Shown here: one piece after another, positions 60,303 to 64,000 of the stretch
How the letters are laid out: each line of letters starts with the position of its first letter
Numbering within the stretch: the stretch's first letter is position 1
Assembly: GCA_964199315.1 (NCBI GenBank)
Contig: OZ116698.1
Span: 31,620,001-31,684,000 of the forward strand
DNA: 64,000 nt
Source: Orbicella franksi
Taxonomy: Eukaryota
Direction of reading: 5' to 3'
The notes under the pieces: model-generated
What the model was told of the DNA's origin: nothing
Seen by the model: only the letters and a program-made list of their open reading frames with translations
Database searches by the model: none
Program-made: the position numbers and the translations under genes

Positions 60303-61175
60303 GATTTTCAGTAAAACCACCAGGCCTCGATCAAGACATATGTTTTGCGACTTTCCGAAATTCACAATTTTCAATTTCGTTGACCACCCAGGAAAAGCGT
60401 TGTTTTTCGTTGGATGAAATTTTAACAGCTAATAAAATTCTCTCCGCACGATAGCTTACAGACCACTGGAAACTCTCTGAACCAGCCAATGGGATTAACT
60501 GAATTTCACGAACAGTGACACATGCCTGCCAACTCAAGGGTCTTTCAAAATTCAGTAGCAAATACCTTGAATAATGAATGAGGAAAATTACCTGTAGTAT
60601 TCAATTTACAGACGCCTTACATAAGAACACAAAACAGAAAAGGATACACCGACCTATCAATTCCACTGAGATCCTTTAGGTCCCTTTTCACCGCGGCTTA
60701 CTTTAATTAAATTCTCACAAAGAAAAAGTCATCTGGCGTTAGAAAAGGTCCTGTACGTCAATCACATATGATTTTAAATTAGCTTTTCACGTATTTAAGA
60801 ATATTTAACCCTTTCATTAACTTTTGTTATTCTACAAGGAACCTTCTTTAAGACGAGAACATATTTTTAATAGTTTTAAACAATTCACCATTAAATGGAA
60901 GATTTCCTCTCTGCAAGAGAAAAAATGTTTCTCTTTTTGTGATTGGTTCCAATTTATTCAAGGGTTACTGGCATTTAGGCAAAGGCAAAGGTAAAATCAA
61001 TGACCGGCATATATACAGTGTTTATCTCCGTTAACTTGTTTTGCTAAGTATGTTATTATTCAAAGGCGAACGATCACGACATTGAACACCACCCCCACCG
61101 AATGTATAATACTATTGGAGTTTTACTTTCAGTGCAAATAAAATGCCTGAACAACTTAATTCGAGTTGATTTAAT

Positions 61176-62096
61176 TTACCACGGTTTACGACAGCAGAAA
61201 ACAGCCCTTACATATCTTATATACTCACGACGAAAATACTTCGTTATAGTTCCATAAACTATGGGATTAACACAGGCGTGTAAATAGGCTGCGATATCAG
61301 CAACTCTTAATAATACACGGCCAACTTTCTTATGTCCTTCAGCTCCATAATCCGCAATTAACCACGCGATCTGAATTGGTAACATGCAGAGAGCGAATAA
61401 TACTACTATCAAGCCCATCATCTTGATAATTTGGAGGTCTTCTTTTCGTCGTACTTCTAAAGCAAAGCGGTCCTGCGCGTCGGAGTCGTGCCGCTCTTTG
61501 GCTTTCCTTAATTCAATTCCAATCATTACGTAAGCGCCGGCAATGGTTGTCAGCGGTAGGACGTATTGCAATGTAAACAGGACAGCGGTGTAGACGCGAC
61601 TTTGGTCTGGTTCCCAGCTCTCTATACATCCTCCGTTTTCTTCGGTTTCTGCCACGATGATAAGCGGAAGTAGGAGCAGAAATCCAACGATCCAAATAAC
61701 GATTATCCATAGGTTGACGTTCCTGTGACGCATTTCCGGTTTTAAAGAGTTGATGATAACACGGCAGCGATAAACGGCCATGAATGTCAGAGTAAAGATA
61801 CTCACATTAAATGTGGCAGTCATAAGAGGAGAGATTAACTTGCAGAACACCATTGGAAAGTCGACCCCACCCAGGAGAAATACGTTAACCGGTAAAGACA
61901 GCAACATGAGTGTCAAGTCAGACATTGACAAGTTAAAAATAAGAATGTCATTTACCGACTTCCGCTTTTTCGACCACAAGACAAGAAGAACAAGGAAGTT
62001 TCCAGATACTCCAAGGACGAATGTGAACACGTATAAACCCAGCTTGATGTGTTTTTCCGTCTCAGTAACTGAGGTAAAGTTTGTAGGGTCTCCCAT
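61176..62096 (-). CDS. Class A GPCR, tandem paralogue of the adjacent receptor, 306 aa
   Basis: GN, NLSMSDL, YRC, CMLP and NPIVY motifs; helix 8 followed by CC. A possible donor (TG|GTAAAT) overlaps the stop codon, so a further 3' exon cannot be excluded. Confidence 0.9.
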   Translation of the reverse strand: MGDPTNFTSVTETEKHIKLGLYVFTFVLGVSGNFLVLLVLWSKKRKSVNDILIFNLSMSDLTLMLLSLPVNVFLLGGVDFPMVFCKLISPLMTATFNVSIFTLTFMAVYRCRVIINSLKPEMRHRNVNLWIIVIWIVGFLLLLPLIIVAETEENGGCIESWEPDQSRVYTAVLFTLQYVLPLTTIAGAYVMIGIELRKAKERHDSDAQDRFALEVRRKEDLQIIKMMGLIVVLFALCMLPIQIAWLIADYGAEGHKKVGRVLLRVADIAAYLHACVNPIVYGTITKYFRREYIRYVRAVFCCRKPW

Positions 62097-62939
62097 TGAT
62101 GCCTAAGTTGATTTGCAGCTTTAGAAATTGTCGTGAAGAGTTAAAATGTAGTCAGTGGAAGATCCCTTCGTTCAGGATACTTGTGCTAGTCAGCGCTGTT
62201 GTGCAGTTTACTTCTTGTAATGAAAAGCGAAGAGCGTAGACCCTGAGTAAAATAGAATGTAACAGTCAATTCGCTTATCTTTGTATGATGTGTCAATTTA
62301 ATCGTACTGAACAACTGATTATAAATTCTGTCACCTTCCATCCTAAAAAGGTCAAAAAGGACTTATTACTCAAGGTAGCCAAAGCAAGCATTACTTTATA
62401 CAAGTCAATGATATACTTACAACTTGTGGGTGACAACTTGTTACACCCCAAACAAGAACAAAGACGTTATCTCTAAAATCAGCAGTTTTGTCCGTTTAAA
62501 GGAAATCTTTTTCAAAAGCAATGGAAAAATACATTGAAAGCTGCAACTGAAGTTATATTCGCAGCACAATGTTAAAGACACGTGGAAAACTAAATTTTGA
62601 TTGTCATAATGATTACATTGTGGAAAGCAAAACAATAGCAGGATGTTAGCAAATTTTTACCGAATACAAAGCAGCCTATGAAGAAATGATTGAATGTCAC
62701 AGCTGACCAATAGTTTGCCACATCACGGTATAGATGACAAAGATCAGCCGGAGTAAAATTGTTGTTCCCTAGAAGACCCAAGGCTCGTGCAGCTTCGAGC
62801 GCATTCTCGTCCCCATAGCCCTTTACGCTCCTCTTAGCCGGCAGGGCCTTGGTACGAGAATCGAAGGGCTTTGGGGACATAGGATTTTCCAGTCCTAGAT
62901 TCTGGGACTTCCGGCCTTCATGTATGCAGTCGTAATGTC

Positions 62940-63250
62940 TCTACATACTTACTGTATGGGATTGTCAATGACGGCCGTCGAGCCAGGATTCGAGGAATCT
63001 TTGTGTCAAGCCTTAAGTGGTATCAATTTAGAGAATGTTTCCCTCTGTGTTGAACAGAAAGAGGAGATAACGAACATTGTTGTTTTGAAGAAAGACACTA
63101 ATTTTTTACCTGCTTTGGCAAGTCATTGATTTTTCAGTTGTTACCCTTTGTTTTTGACTCCTGGCATGAATCAACTGAATCGTTTATTTTCGTTGTTTCA
63201 CCTTTAAATGCGAGCTTGTTGACCGTGAAGCAAAACGATTTGCAGGTCAG
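62940..63250 (+). pseudogene. RecQ-like SF2 helicase N-terminal remnant (frameshifted), probably transposon-derived
   Basis: VEQKEEI...KKD...LP in one frame, then FGKSLIFQLLPFVFD...FVVSPLNA from 63114 in another. Together these give the Walker A LP(TG)FGKS and motif Ia VVSPL. Confidence 0.65.
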
Positions 63251-64000
63251 CTGTCTAATGGTTCGGAATACTTAGACATTGGCCTGTCTACTTGAAAATG
63301 CATTACTACTACAGTAAGGAGAAATCATGGGTTGACCACTTGTTCTTGAAAAGTGAAAATTTCATTGCTTAGGCCCTATTTTGTAAGTGATGAACACATT
63401 GTATATTTTCTAATCCACTGTAAACTTTTAAACTTTATCCATAAGACTATTAGTGTTTACATTTCCTCAGTTACTAATTTTTTAAGTACCCATGAAATGA
63501 GAAAATCAAGTCATTTATTTAGTAAAACTCAAGTTGCTCTAAATTTTTCTATTTTCTATATATTTTTCTACCCTCAATGTTGGTAAAAAGGTCTCTTCAT
63601 TTTTAGGGGTTGATTGCAAGTCTCTCAGTGATCAGTTGTCAGGTGGTAAACACAGACAATATCTTAATGTCTGTTTTCAGTTGCACAAATATCAGAGTTG
63701 AGAATTGAATGTATATAGTTTTATGCAGTGACGGATTTGTTTTGAAATTGATGCCTTGCTGAGACCTGGTTTTTAAAACACTAATTTCAGCTTAATCATT
63801 TAATTATACCTTGCTGCAAAAGGAACACTTCCTAACTTTTTGCATCAGTACATAGCTGAAACATTATCCACCCATCATCATTATCATCAGTTCCACTTCC
63901 CCGTTTGGAGATTGGGGCCAGCAAAGAAAAGTGGAATCGCTTATTGGCCTTCCCATGGTTCCTTCCATTGATGCCAAAGCAAAAAAATATGCTAACAATT

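Noticed and set aside
60303-60374. 24-aa N-terminal extension of the first GPCR in the ORF track
   Set aside because: MNNSTS at 60302 gives a typical short glycosylated N-terminus. The extension has no supporting features and needs 5' transcript data.
1-64000. CRISPR array, rRNA or prokaryotic operon
   Set aside because: No repeat-spacer array or rRNA-like segment was seen, and genes have spliceosomal introns. Most remaining short ORFs in the track lack domain motifs or splice support.

Overview
Eukaryotic, intron-containing, AT-rich, transposon-rich DNA. It is most likely an anthozoan cnidarian such as a stony coral; this is inferred from gene and repeat types, not proven. From left to right: (1) the 3' part of a type I membrane protein gene with Ig domains, a SEA domain and a TM helix (<1-5912, +). 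(2) A repeat-rich spacer with a tRNA-derived SINE, MITEs and nested elements. (3) The main feature, a ~33 kb cluster of five divergent Pax3/7-like (cnidarian PaxD-like) loci, each with paired domain, octapeptide and S50 homeodomain. A (20260-17985) and B (29311-27608) are on the minus strand. C (32095-37991), pseudogene D (40026-44869) and E (46923-51359) are on the plus strand. B and C are head-to-head across 2.8 kb that carries clustered CGTCACG motifs. A and B have near-identical paired boxes but diverged elsewhere, suggesting gene conversion. D is a chimera made by a tandem duplication that breaks inside intron 2. (4) A defective Academ-type transposon with 557-bp TIRs nested in a pogo/Tigger-like MITE. 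(5) Two tandem class A GPCR genes and a RecQ-like helicase remnant. No rRNA, true tRNA gene or CRISPR array was seen. Exon structures were read by hand from GT-AG sites and reading-frame phase. Family assignments come from motif recognition, not database searches.
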